Counted from the stretch's first letter, positions 1-13,938 are shown. The stretch is DNA of 64,000 nt from Octopus vulgaris (GCA_951406725.2 OX597824.1:23436001-23500000), one strand, 5' to 3'. Numbers and translations are program-made. Notes: a model not told the origin generated them from the sequence alone.

Positions 1-61
1 AGAGTATAGATAGAAATAGATAGATAGATAGATAGATAGTATACATCTCTTTCTCTCTCTT

Positions 62-103
<42 letters not shown>

Positions 104-1826
104 GATATGCTATATATAATTTATATATGAAATATATTATATATGTATATATGTATAACACTATATATATATAAGCAACTTATTTCAACCCGGTTGATGA
201 CAAACTCACATTGATAATATCATTTAAATAAGACACTCAAGCATATTGTTTTACTGTTTTTTTTCAAAAGTAATATTTGTGAAGTGAGCATGTATGGCGG
301 GCATGAATAAAATAGACACTGCGTGGTCTGTATTAGCACTCTAATATGTGTGTCTGCCACGTATTGCCTGGAGCGTTCTTTTGTGTATGTAATTTTTTTT
401 GTCTGTGTCTTTGTTAGCACTTTTGTTATAGTATACATTATATGCAATTACTGTTCTTCCATTTTTTTTCTCACTGTTTTATCTCTCTCTTCTCTTCTCT
501 TTTATTACCTCTTTGTTTTCTCTCTTTTCTGTCTCTACTTATTTCTATTTTTGTATTTCTGTCTGTGTGTCTTATATTATAATGCAAGAATTTTAATCTA
601 AACATAAAATATATGCTGTATGTATTTTATGTGTATTATGTATTGAGATGCTGTGGGAGATAGTAATGTATATGTGTATTCATGTATGTTTATGTATGAT
701 GTACATGTATGCATGTTGTTATTATGTTGTATGTATTATGTACATTATTATGTTATAGATGATGATGATGATGAAATATATGCATAAGAGAAATATGTAG
801 AATGTGTATACGTATGTAACTATCTTATCACTACATATATAGTGGTTTGTGTGTGTTCATTGTATGTATGTATGTTGTTTATATTTTTGGAAAAATATCT
901 CATTTTTATGTCTAATATATTATAATTGTTGAAATATTATACATAAGAATATATACATATGTATATATATATAGTGTATATATAAATATATTGTATATAC
1001 AACATACATATATATATATATAACATAATACATACATACATACAAAAAATAATACATACATACTAATAGTATATATATATGAATATTATGCATGTACAGA
1101 ACATATCTTGAGGCATTAATTAACATAAAGATAAAGTTAATTTAGTCTTTTTTGTAACAAATTCTTTATCGGTGTGCGAAATAGATATAAGCTGTATTAT
1201 TTTAATGAAAATTTCACATGATAAAATTATTCATATAAACATATAATAAAAAAGAAATAGAAACATAAGTAAATCGCTATAATATCATAATAATACCAAT
1301 AAATCTTTTCGAAATAGGTGTCTGAATGCTTATTTTATTAGAAAACTGTGAATTTTATTTTTTAAATGTATTTTTCTAAAGCCATGTAGGCGAAATTTTT
1401 AGCTTGCTTAAAACCACATATCCTGTTTCAAATAAATGCAAAATTCTATGCATTAAAATTTATGTATATTTGGTATGAAAAAGTTTTCTTTGTACTGTAT
1501 ATATGTATATATTGTTGTTTATTTATGTTTGTCCTACACACTGATGTCATATTTATGTCCCTTATTTCTTCATAAGACTATAATATTAAAGCAATAAATT
1601 TATGATTTGTTAATATTGAACTTCAGTAAAGATTGAAACAAGTAAATAAAGATATATTATTATATGATAATGTTATATATAATTATATATTATATTATCA
1701 CATATATATAATATATATATATAATATAATATATATTTTAATATGCATATTTTATACATCTACAACATATATATAGATCTGTTTTGTGTGTCTTACATTC
1801 ATATATATTTATATTGTATAAATTAT

Positions 1827-1866
<40 letters not shown>

Positions 1867-3060
1867 TATATATATCCTGTGTGTTTGTCTGTGGAGAGCC
1901 TATATATAGCAAAGTAGATTATTCTTTGTAAGAAACTTATTACACGTTTTAGTAACTACGCAAAAAACTTTTTCAGAATGTAAAAAAAACACACAAACAC
2001 ACACACACACACACACACATATAATACATACATACACATCATACATACTGTTACAAATACATACATACACATGTCATTTTATACAGAAAACTTAAACATT
2101 CGCTGATGAGTAGAACTTTTGTAAATATAAAACCATTGCTTTCACATAAATGTCAGTTATTTCTTTTTTTCATGTATTTTTTTAAAATTTGTTATTTATT
2201 CTATTTTTTGTTTTTAAATATGTCAAAACAATAATTTGTTAACGAATTAAACAGTAATAAATATAACAAAATAACATAATATACACATTAATAGTATATT
2301 TATAGTTTCGTATATACTATATCTATTCTATAGTTCTCTAATTCTTCTCAATTATAAAAATATTTTATATAATATATATAATTTATATATATTAATAATA
2401 ATATTGATAGTATATATATTATATATACACACACATATATTTGGAGAAAGGATGAGGGACAATGTTGGCAAACGTATTTTTTGGAGCAGAGTCTCAACCG
2501 TTCCTGCATTATCTGCTTTAGGTTTTTCATTTTTCAGATGTTCTTGTGAGGTAAGGCATCTTTTCATGTTTGTTGTACACACAAGTGTCTTTTGTTTTCA
2601 GTAATATTGTCATGGTGCATGAAAAAAAAAAAAAAAAAAAAATAATTGTTTTATTTATAATGATTGTACTTATGGCAATCTTTACTGGAAAGCACACTCT
2701 CGTATTGCATTACTATTTTCATTGAAACTTTTTCACTGTTCTCGTTCTGTTAACGTTTTGCGTTCAGACGAGTGTACTGTTATAGATGTGGCAACATTTG
2801 ACTGTTGTCGAGTTTAGCTGATGAGGACAAATCAATATATGTTGGCAAACGATTTTGGAAGTCTAAACCGTTCCTGCATTATCCGTTTCTAGTTTCATTT
2901 TTCAGATGTTCTTCCTAGAGGTAAGACAATTTTTTCATGTTTGTTGTTACAACATTTCAAATGTTGCGCTATTTTCCAGTAAATATCGGTCTATGACTTT
3001 TATATGTATAATTTTACAATACTGGAAAGCAATACTCTCGTATTGCATTAGCTAATTTTC
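1..3060 (-). other. Degraded reverse-complement (fold-back) copy of ~3060-7500; probable assembly artefact
   Basis: Collinear mirror matches: 260-335 = revcomp of ~7060-7160 (ttcatgcccgccatacatg); 550-620 = revcomp of 6595-6670; 1097-1145 = revcomp of 5880-5935; 2440-3060 = revcomp of 3100-3885. The copy is shorter and rich in indels. Confidence 0.85.
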
Positions 3061-3381
3061 ATACACTCGTCTGTCTGAACGCCAAAACGTTAACAGAACG
3101 AGAACAGTGAAGAAGTTTCAATGAAAATAGTAATGCAATACGAGAGTATTGCTTTCCAGTAGAGGATTGCCCGTAAGGGTAAAATTATACATATAAAAGT
3201 AAATAAATGGCACAATGAAGCACCGATATTTACTGGAAAATAGCGAACGTAATAAATACGACGCTAATGTATAGCTTCACTGCGTATGTACTAGTAAAGA
3301 CGCGTGTGTACAACAAACATGAAAAAAATTGTCTTACCTCTAGGAAGAACATCTGAAAAATGAAAAACCTAGAAACGGATA

Positions 3382-3453
3382 ATGCAGTACCGGTTTCAGA
3401 TTCTTCAAAATACGTTTGCCAACGTATATTTGATTTGTCCTCATCAGCTGCAT
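3382..3453 (-). ncRNA. Minimal type I hammerhead ribozyme
   Basis: Minus strand: ATGCAG-CTGATGA-GGAC...ATCT-GAAA-CCGG-TA-CTGCAT. 6-bp stem I, palindromic stem III ACCGGT, GUA cleavage triplet, weakened stem II. Confidence 0.8.
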
Positions 3454-3810
3454 AAACCTCGACAACATTTCAAATGTTGCCACATCTATGACAGTACACT
3501 CGTCTGAACGCCAAAACGTTAACAGAACGAGAACAGTGAAGAAGTTTCAATGAAAATAGTAATGCAATACGAGAGTATTGCTTTCCAGTAAAGGATTGCC
3601 CGTAAGGGTAAAATTATACATATAAAAGTAAATAAATGGCACAACGAAGCACCAATATTTACTAGAAAATAGCGAACGTAATAAATACGACGTTAATGTA
3701 TAGCTTCACTGCGTATGTACTAGTAAAGACGCGTGTGTACAACAAACATGAAAAGAATTGCCTTACCTCTAGGAAGAACATCTGAAAAATGAAAAACCTA
3801 GAAACGGATA

Positions 3811-3882
3811 ATGCAGGAACGGTTTCGGACTCTCCAAAATGCGTTTGCCAACGTATATTTGATTTGTCCTCATCAGCTGCAT
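3811..3882 (-). ncRNA. Minimal type I hammerhead ribozyme
   Basis: Minus strand: ATGCAG-CTGATGA-GGAC...GTCC-GAAA-CCGT-TC-CTGCAT. Perfect stems I and II, one mismatch in stem III. Confidence 0.8.
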
Positions 3883-3935
3883 AAACAAATATATGTGTAT
3901 GTATATATATATATATATATGTGTGTGTATGTATG

Positions 3936-4030
<95 letters not shown>

Positions 4031-4366
4031 GTAGAAAAATAGATATATAGATAGGTAAGTAGGTAAGTAGACAGAGAGACAGACAGACATATAGATATTA
4101 CATATGTATGTATGTATATATGCATGTATGAATGGATGGAAAGATGTGTGTATGTCTTTGTGCTTGTTTGTCCTCCATTATCGCTTAACAGCCGATGTTG
4201 GCTTGTTTACAGCCCTGTTACGCAGCAGTTTAGCAAAACAAAAACCCAATAGAATAAATAACAAATTTTAAAAATAAACAAATAAGAACTGGGGACCATT
4301 TGTTCGAGTGAAGCTTCGGAACGGCTACAGTCCAATAACTGAAAGGAGTATAATATAGGAGATAAT

Positions 4367-4779
4367 GCAGGAGTGGCTGTGTGGTAAGTAGCTTGCTAAC
4401 CAACCACATGGTTCCGGGTTCAGTCCCACTGCGTGGCATCTTGGGCAAGTGTCTTCTGCTATAGCCCCGGGCCGACCAATGTATTGTGAGTGGATTTGGT
4501 AGACGGAAACTGAAAGAAGCCTGTCGTATATATGTATATATATATGTGTGTGTGTGTATGTGTGTGTGTTTGTGTGTGTGTGTGTTTGTCCCCCTAGCAT
4601 TGCTTGACAACCGATGCTGGTGTGTTTACGTCCCCGTCACTTAGCGGTTCGGCAAAAGAGACCGATAGAATAAGTACTGGGCTTACAAAGAATAAGTCCC
4701 GGGGTCGATTTGCTCGACTAAAGGCGGTGCTCCAGCATGGCCGCAGTCAAATGACTGAAGCAAGTAAAGAGTAAAAGAG

Positions 4780-4782
<3 letters not shown>
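4367..4782 (+). mobile_element. tRNA-derived SINE family A, full length
   Basis: A-box-like TGGCTGTGTGG, B-box-like GGTTCAGTCC, internal (TA)/(TG) tract, (GTAAAAGA)n tail; many copies in the window. Confidence 0.9.
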
Positions 4783-4833
<51 letters not shown>

Positions 4834-5061
4834 TATATAGAATATGAAGGGGTTTAGCTCCCTTTTGATCTAAGCGAATATGTACGATGGCTAAGTGCTA
4901 TAGTTGGTCGACCATTAGGTTCCAAGATCACACCTAAGGCTGGATCTAGGGATCTGTGTTAGGGTTCCGGTACAGCATGTAGATATTGGTGGAAAAATCA
5001 AAGCCAAGGTAGAACGATTGTCTCAAGTCATTTAGTCATAATTTAATTAGGGTAATTTGAA

Positions 5062-5123
5062 GTCTTACAGCCGTTTCTGGGACAACCTAAGTGGTTGGTT
5101 AGCATGTCCGTCACATCAGAGAC
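5062..5123 (-). ncRNA. Degenerate hammerhead ribozyme (Penelope-like pLTR, left inverted arm)
   Basis: Minus strand: GTCT-CTGATGT-..GGACA...TGTCC..-GAAA-CGGCTG-TA-AGAC. Confidence 0.55.
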
Positions 5124-5130
5124 AAGGTAT

Positions 5131-5535
5131 ACTCTTTTACTCTTTTACTTGTTTCAGTCATTTGACTGCAGCCATGCTGGAGCACCGCCTGTAGTCGAGC
5201 AAATCGACCCTAGGACTTATTCTTTGTAAGCTTAGTACTTATTCTATCGGTCTCTTTTGCCGAACCGCTAAGTTACGGGGACGTAAATACTCCAGCATCG
5301 GTTGTCTTGCGATGTTGGGGAAACAAACACAGACACACAAACACACACATATATACATATATACATATATACGACGGGCTTCTTTCAGTTTCTGCCGACC
5401 AAATCCACTCACAAGGCTTTGGTCGGCCAGAAGCTACAGTAGAAAGCACTTGCCCAAAGTGCCACGCAGTGTGACTGAACCCGGAACCATGTGGTTTGTA
5501 AGCAAGCTACTTACCACACAGCCGTTCCTGCGCCT
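5131..5535 (-). mobile_element. SINE family A, full length
   Basis: Reverse complement of the 4367 copy; inserted into the hammerhead-bearing inverted repeat. Confidence 0.9.
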
Positions 5536-5801
5536 ACATGAATATTTTAGACGAGGAAAATCTACAGTTTACAAGGAATAAAATTCACAGTTTAACTCTA
5601 ATAAAATAGTAACGACCAGCATCCATATCTTCTGGAAAAAGATGTGTTGTGAACATTATTCTGCTGCCTATATTCTTCTAACTGCTCTTACCCTTTATTC
5701 TTCTATTTTTACTCTTTCATTCTTCTATCATATTCCTTATATACTGTGAATTTTAGTCCTTGTAAACAGTAAATTTTCACCGTCTAAAATATTCATACAT
5801 T

Positions 5802-5877
5802 GTCTCTGATGACGTTATATTCAGCGCACGGATATGCTAAACTACTTCTTGGATTACCCCAGGAACGGCTGTAAGAC
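5802..5877 (+). ncRNA. Degenerate hammerhead ribozyme (Penelope-like pLTR, right inverted arm)
   Basis: GTCT-CTGATGA...GGAA-CGGCTG-TA-AGAC; GAAA is mutated to GGAA. Confidence 0.5.
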
Positions 5878-5964
5878 TTCAAATTCACTTTATCCTAATT
5901 ATGTTAATCTTAATGCCTCGAGATACTTGTTCTGCTTCGGTTTTGATTCTTCCCCTTGCATAAT

Positions 5965-6911
5965 ATTACATATATATATACGTATGTATGTATGTATGTA
6001 TGTATGTATGTATGTATGTATGTATGTATGTATGTATGTATGTATATATATATATGTATGTGTGTATATACATATATATATATACACACGTATATTTATA
6101 TATACATATAATAATACATATATACATATATGTATACATATATATACATACATATGTATATATATACATATATGTAGACGTATATATGTCAATGTATGTA
6201 TATTATATATACACACACACACATATACATACATACATACATACATACATACATCAAGAACACACACAGACAAACACACTCACTCATATGTACGTACGCA
6301 CTAACGCACTCAATTACATACGTATACACATATACATACATATTTACATACATATATGCATATCTATATACATATACATAAATGCATACATACATACATA
6401 TACACATACATACATGCATACATACATACATACATATTTACATACATACATACATACATACATATATACATACATACATACATACATACATACATGCATA
6501 CATACATACATACATACATACATACATACATACATACATACATACATACATACATACATACATACATACATACATACATACATACATACATACCAGCATA
6601 TATGTTTATGTTTAGATATATATATATACTCACACTGTGGCTAGTTATAATATAAGACACACCCAGACAGATAGATATTGCAGAAGAATGAGAGGAGAAG
6701 AGAGTGAGAGAGCGAGCGAAAGAGAGAGAGAGAGCGAGCGAAAGAGAGAGAGAGAGCGAGGGGAGAGAGAGAGCGAGGGGAGAGAGAGGGAAAGAGAGAG
6801 TAAAAGCGAGGGAGGAAGTGAGAAAGAAAAAATGGAAGAACGATCAAAACTTTACATATAACATGTATACATAGTCAGCAAAAGTGCTCACACACACACA
6901 TACGCACACAG

Positions 6912-6954
<43 letters not shown>

Positions 6955-7381
6955 TACAAGCTAACTTTCTTGCACTCACTCAGACACCCACAGCCATATA
7001 CGTGGCCCATATACACACTAACACACATAGCCTTAGTAACATATGTGTCCTATATATATATACAGACACACGCAGTCGTCTGCTTCTTACATTCATGCCC
7101 GCCATACATGTATACGCAGCATATACACCCAAATATGGGAATCACTTTCTCAGAAAAAAAAAATTCCATCGTAAGCATGTATGTACGTGTGTGTCTCTAT
7201 GTGTGTGTGTGTCTCAGTACCTGCCTGTGTATGTTTGTACGTGTGGTATCAGAGTACGTAAGGGCGTTTGTAAGCCTCTCGCTATATATATAAGTATGCA
7301 TATATATATATATATATGTGTGTGTATGCACATATATATACATATATGCATATATGTACATATATACAAATATATATATGC

Positions 7382-7458
<77 letters not shown>

Positions 7459-7466
7459 TGCATATA

Positions 7467-7529
<63 letters not shown>

Positions 7530-8018
7530 ATATATATATATCAATATATTTGTGTCTGTGTGTATGTATATATATGCATCTATATATTTGTGCGTGTATG
7601 TATGTTTATACACATATATGTATGTGTGTATATATATATATATAGTGTACATATATATTCACATACGTTGAAATGCACACACATATATATATATACATAC
7701 ATACATACATACATACACACACATATATATGTATATATATATATATATGCATGTATGTATGTACATATATATATGTGTGTGTGTATATATACATGTATAT
7801 ATATATATGTATGTATGCATGTGAGCATGGCTGCATATATACGTGCATGAGCGTTTGAACTATTTATGCGTATGTTGAGTAGATATATGTATACACGAAT
7901 GGTTGCACACACACGCAAACACACACACACACACACGCGCGCGCAATATCTACAAGTGTAACGAAAGACAACAAAAATACATTGATCGATTCTTTGTTAT
8001 GAGATGGAACTTGCTATG

Positions 8019-8056
<38 letters not shown>

Positions 8057-8602
8057 CCCTCATACTCACACTCACACAGATATATATATATACACACACA
8101 CACATATACATACAAAAATATACAAGTACAAATTACACTCAAAACGTTCTCAACCGTTTGCGTTGAAGCATGAATGTGTATATATATATGTATATGCATT
8201 TTTACATGATTATGTACATGTTTTGTATGTGTATATAGTTTTACGCATGCATATGCGATGTATGTAAACTTATATGTTTCCTTCTATATATACATGTACG
8301 TATATGAAGGCATGTATGTATATATGTGTGTATAAGCTAAATCACTTTCTGTGTATGCGAATAGATGTATATTTTTCTTTTTTCATTTTATCTAGTTTCA
8401 GCTCACGAGCTGTGGCCATGCTGGGGCATCGCCATTAAAAAAGTACTTTAGCAGAGCGTAGTTGTAGTCATACATATGTATGTGTATGAGTAACAATGTG
8501 GACGCAAACTTAAGCTAAAGTTGTAAGCATGGTTGTGTGTAAGCGTCTGTCTATATATACATATATAACACACACATCTATATATATATAAGTATGTGTA
8601 TG

Positions 8603-8656
<54 letters not shown>

Positions 8657-8733
8657 ATATATGTATATTTAAATATCTGAGGTTGTATGCATATTTGTGT
8701 GTAGATGTATATGTATGCGTATGTATCAATATT

Positions 8734-8772
<39 letters not shown>

Positions 8773-8851
8773 AAGCATGCATATCTGTGTGTAGCTATAT
8801 ATATGTATGCGTATGTATGAGTATGCAAGTGTATAAATAAATGTTCATCAG

Positions 8852-8886
<35 letters not shown>

Positions 8887-9327
8887 TACATACATACATA
8901 CATACATACATACATGCATACATGCATACATACATACATACATTACATACATACGTTCATACATACATACATACATACATACATACATACATACATACAT
9001 ACATACGTTCATACATACATACATTCATACATACATACATACGTTCATACATACATAGATACATACATACATACATACATACATGCATTCATACATACAT
9101 ACATACATACATGCATACATACATACGTTCATACATACATACATACATACATACATACATACATACATACATACATACATACATACATACATACATACAT
9201 ACATACATACATACATACATACATACATACATACATACGTTCATACATACATACGTTCATACATACATACATACATACATACATACATACATACATACAT
9301 ACATACATACATACATACATACATACA

Positions 9328-9360
<33 letters not shown>

Positions 9361-9641
9361 TTACTGCCAGTCGGCCGCTTAGCCAGCCAGCCAGCCAGTC
9401 AGCCAGTCAGTCAGACAGGCAGACAGCCAGACAGCCAGACAGACAGACAGACAGACAGTCAGACAGACAGCAGTCTGTGGAATGTGGAACGGCGGCAAGG
9501 AACAATGGAATCGTAGGAAAGTAATGAATGGGACTCTCTCACGGACTGACGGTAGAGAAACTATGCGTAAGTGTGTGTGACTGACTGACTGGAGAATTTT
9601 AGGCGTGTGTATGTGTGTGAGTGCGTGTATGTGTGTGAGTG

Positions 9642-9673
<32 letters not shown>

Positions 9674-9857
9674 CGCGTGTGTGTGTTACTACGTGGTTTG
9701 CGTTGAAGGGGAATTGTCTGCATGTCTGTGTATATCCGTGTGTGTGTGTGCATATGTTTGAGTATGTATACGTGTGTGTGTGTGTGTGTGTGTGTGACTG
9801 ACTGTCGAGATTTATGCATTTGTGTATGTGTGTATATATATGTGTGCGTGTGTGTGT

Positions 9858-9907
<50 letters not shown>

Positions 9908-9952
9908 CTGATGGTGAAGAATTTTTGTGCGGATGTGCCTAGGTATATTTGA

Positions 9953-9999
<47 letters not shown>

Positions 10000-10082
10000 A
10001 CGGGAGAATCATGAGTGTGCGTATGTGTGTGCGTATGCGAATGTGTGTGTGAGAGAGTGATTGCATTGTGTGTATGCGTGTA

Positions 10083-10133
<51 letters not shown>

Positions 10134-10407
10134 CTGACGTTGAATAACTGAGTGTGTGTATGAGAATATTTGTGTGTATATGTGCTTCTGGGTAGATGTG
10201 TGTATTACTGTGTGTGTACTGAAGATATGTGTATATGTAACAGAATGTATGTGTCTCTATTAGTATGACTGAGTGTATGTTGTGCGTATGAGTGTGTACG
10301 AGCGCACGCATTCTGTCTGGTCGTGTGTGTGTGTGTGTGCGCCAATTTATGTGTGTGTATGTTACAGTCGTCTTCTGTATGTTTGTTTGTGTGTGTATAT
10401 ATATAAT

Positions 10408-10469
<62 letters not shown>

Positions 10470-10470
10470 T
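5965..10470. repeat. Compound microsatellite field: (TATG/CATA)n, (TA)n, (GA)n, (TATC)n, (TG)n, (CAGA)n
   Basis: Directly visible, e.g. (CATA)n at 6380-6590 and 8880-9355. Confidence 0.95.
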
Positions 10471-10700
10471 TACTCTTTTACTTTTACTAAAGCACAACCT
10501 TTCGTCGAGCTAAATCGATCCCAAGTTTTATTCTTTGTAAGCCTAGTACTTATATCGGTCTCTTTTGTCGAGCCGCTAAGTTACGGGGACGTAAACATAC
10601 CAGAATCGGTTGTCAAGCAATGCTGGGGGGACAAACATATAAGCATACACACACACACACACACATACATACATACACACACACACATACATACACACAC

Positions 10701-10736
<36 letters not shown>

Positions 10737-10908
10737 TTATATATATGACGGGATTCTTTCAGTTTCTGTCTACCAAATCCACTCACAAGGCTTTGGTCGG
10801 CCCGAGGCTATAGTAGAAGTCACTTGCCCAAGGTGCCATGCAGTCGGACTGAACCCGGAACCATGTGATTGGTAAGCAAGCTACTTACCACACAGCCACT
10901 CCTGTGCC
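10471..10908 (-). mobile_element. SINE family A
   Basis: Matches family A, with a small deletion near the tail. Confidence 0.9.
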
Positions 10909-10974
10909 TATATAACGATTTTATAACGATTTTATCAGCTGGTTGTCTCGAGGAATAAAGTAATAACCCTTTCT

Positions 10975-11180
10975 GAAATAGGCAAAAATGCCGAAAATTT
11001 GGTGGTGGGCTGTGCAACTCGATTACACTGACTCCAGTAACTGACTAGTACTTATTTCAACGATGCAGAATGGATGAAAGGGAAACTCGATCTCAGCAGA
11101 ATTTGAAGACAGAATGTAAAGATAGGCGAGATGACACTGAACACTTTATCCGGCTTGCTGATTCTGCCAGATCGCCGCCT
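10975..11180 (-). mobile_element. SINE family B, old diverged copy
   Basis: ggatgaaagggaaactcgatctcagcagaatttgaa...ttctgccagatcgccgcct. Confidence 0.7.
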
Positions 11181-12184
11181 AAGAGGTATTATGTGATGAT
11201 AAAAGAAGAAAAAAAAAGTAAAGAAAAATACAAATTTATTGGATGAAAAATAATGCCTTAAATATTGGTAAACATCGTCGCAGATTATTTTCCAGAAAAT
11301 ATTTAATGCATTCAATTTCTTGAAGTGTTAATATTTTTTAGAATTTTCGGCCTTATTTCCATTGATTAAACATTGATATTTTTAACCAAATATGGTAAAT
11401 TTGATTATGAGATTTGAAGAAGATAAAAAAAATGTGCTGACAGAAATTACATAAAAATAGGACACCGATGAAACGCAAAATTGTTAATATGATAGCTTTA
11501 GGACAAATTTAATTAAATATAAAAATATTAAAGAGAATGGCTAATTTATAGGAAAGTAGGAGCAAGTAGTTTGTTATCTTTTCTCATCCCACTCGCCTGA
11601 TTGCATTCATACAGTATCTTTCCAATCCCACAAACCTTTGCGCCAGTTTCTCCTACACTCACACATCGCCATACATTTTTTTGCCATTTCCCTCTAACGT
11701 GCAGGTGAAGCTATGTTGCAGGTCGATTGCTTTGCTATAAGATGATATGAATACGTTCCATACGTAGTTATTTATTTTTATATATGTATGAATGGGTGAA
11801 ATATTAATTGCGTTGTAAAGAATACAGTTTCCTGGGGAACTTAAACTGAATGGGTTTAATCGGTGTGCAATTGGTAGTGCAGCGTTATCTGATGGGTAAC
11901 AAAGGAGGGATAAATTATTTCTTTCCTTTGCCGACACGCTGAGAATATCTCTGAACGTTTTCGTTTATTTTTTTCTTTTCATTTATTCCCCAAAAATAAT
12001 TCTTCACACATTTTTAACAATTGCTCCAGAGAAACAGGTGCACGTGTGCATCGCTTGAGTTTGTTTGCAGTTAAATTACGTAATCCAGATCGCTAACGTT
12101 GAAACCTTTACGTAATGATTAGGGCCTGCTTTCATCATTGAACATGCGTCATCATAAATTTTGCATCTCTAATCTTTCATCATT

Positions 12185-12390
12185 TCCTTGTTTCAGTCAT
12201 TAGACAGCAGCCATGCTGGGGACCTCCTTGAGGAATCTTTGGTCGAATGAATCGACCGCAGTACATATTTTCATTCTTAAGCCAGGGTACTTATTCCGTG
12301 GGTCTCTTCTGCCAAACCGCTACGTTACGGGGACGTACACACGCCGAGGTCTGTTATCACGTGTGGAGTAGGAAAAGTACAAACACACAT
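12185..12390 (-). mobile_element. SINE family A, diverged 3' half
   Basis: ttgtttcagtcattagacagcagccatgctgg...gttacggggacgta. Confidence 0.7.
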
Positions 12391-12407
12391 GCATATAAAT
12401 ATATATG

Positions 12408-12519
<112 letters not shown>

Positions 12520-12792
12520 GGAGAGATAGATAGATAGATAAATAGATAAATATATATATAAGAAAATGCGTATGTATAAATATGTATGTTTGTCTATGTA
12601 GTATGGAAATACCATGACGAAGTACTTTTGTGTAAACTTTACTGTATCAAATTCGGTCACAGGAACAGAAGTCATGGCATAATTATATGCATACATATAT
12701 GCGTGGGGCGCGGGTGTATGCGTCGTGTGTGTACATTTATATATATATATATATATGTAGAGAGAAATAGAGATAGAGAGATAGAGAGATAT

Positions 12793-12827
<35 letters not shown>

Positions 12828-12883
12828 CATGCATACATACATACATACATACATATACATTTACATATATTTATTTTTTATAA

Positions 12884-12915
<32 letters not shown>

Positions 12916-13037
12916 TTATATTATATTATATATATATACATATATACACACATATATACATACATATGTGTGTATGCGTGTGTGTGTATGTATACATATA
13001 TGTATATATATATGCATATACAGATAGATAGATATAC

Positions 13038-13140
<103 letters not shown>

Positions 13141-13208
13141 TATGTATGTATATTTCGTTCTTAGATTTGGTTTGCAAAATCCTGTATGTGAGTTCGTGTG
13201 TTGAAGCA

Positions 13209-13882
13209 TATATTGTTGGGTCTGGGGAGAGTCATTCTCTTTTAGTGCCTTCTTATTTAACACACTCACCGGTAAAGTTTTCACTCATTTACCTACTCTT
13301 TTACTCTTTTACTTGTTTCAGTCATTTGGCTGCGGCCATGCTGGAGCACCGCCTTTAATCGAGCAACTCGACCCCGGGACTTATTCTTTTGTAAGCCCAG
13401 TACTTATTCTATCGGTCTCTTTTGCCGAACCGCTAAGTGACGGGGACATAAACACACCAGCATCGGTTGTCAAGCAATGCTAGGGGACAAACACAGACAC
13501 ACAAACACACACACGCATATATATATATATACATATATACGATGGGCTTCTTTCAGTTTCCGTCTACCAAATCCACTCACAAGGCTTTGGTCGGCCCGAG
13601 GCTATAGAAGAAGACACTTACCCAAGGTGCCACGCTGTGGGACTGAACTCAGAACCATGCAGTTGGTAGACAAGCTACTTACTACACAGCCACTCCTTCC
13701 TAAATTTTCGTTGCTCCTGCAACCATTTCAGTGGTGGTTGACTCAACGACTATTGAAAAGGTTGCTAGACGCAACGAAAATTTTAAGAAAACTAAATAAG
13801 TAAATGAGTGGAAACTTTACCGGTGAGTGTGTTAAATATGGAGGTACTAAAAGTGAATGACTCTCCCCAGACACAATAATAT
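13209..13882. repeat. Head-to-head inverted repeat with hammerhead-like cores, interrupted by SINE A
   Basis: 13209-13292 = revcomp of 13800-13882; 13701-13785 is self-complementary about gttga-c-tcaac (~13741). Confidence 0.85.
13294..13697 (-). mobile_element. SINE family A, full length
   Basis: Close match to the other family A copies. Confidence 0.9.
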
Positions 13883-13938
13883 ATATATATGATTAATGCA
13901 AGACACGGATGATGGAAGATACGAGAATCTTTATTTGT

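Larger units (their letters stand above)
3063..3886 (-). repeat. Tandem 429-bp hammerhead-containing unit (~1.9 copies), retrozyme / Penelope pLTR-like
   Basis: tcatcag at 3441 and 3870 (spacing 429); the rest of the unit is near-identical; on the minus strand each unit starts with a hammerhead motif. Confidence 0.85.

Noticed and set aside
2440-3060. Plus-strand hammerhead copies (2452, 2818) suggesting a Penelope-type inverted pLTR
   Set aside because: They lie in the probable fold-back artefact and are not counted as real loci.
13477-13803. Recurrent ORFs containing '[30 protein letters not shown]'
   Set aside because: Antisense translation of SINE A; recurrence reflects repeat copy number, not a gene family.
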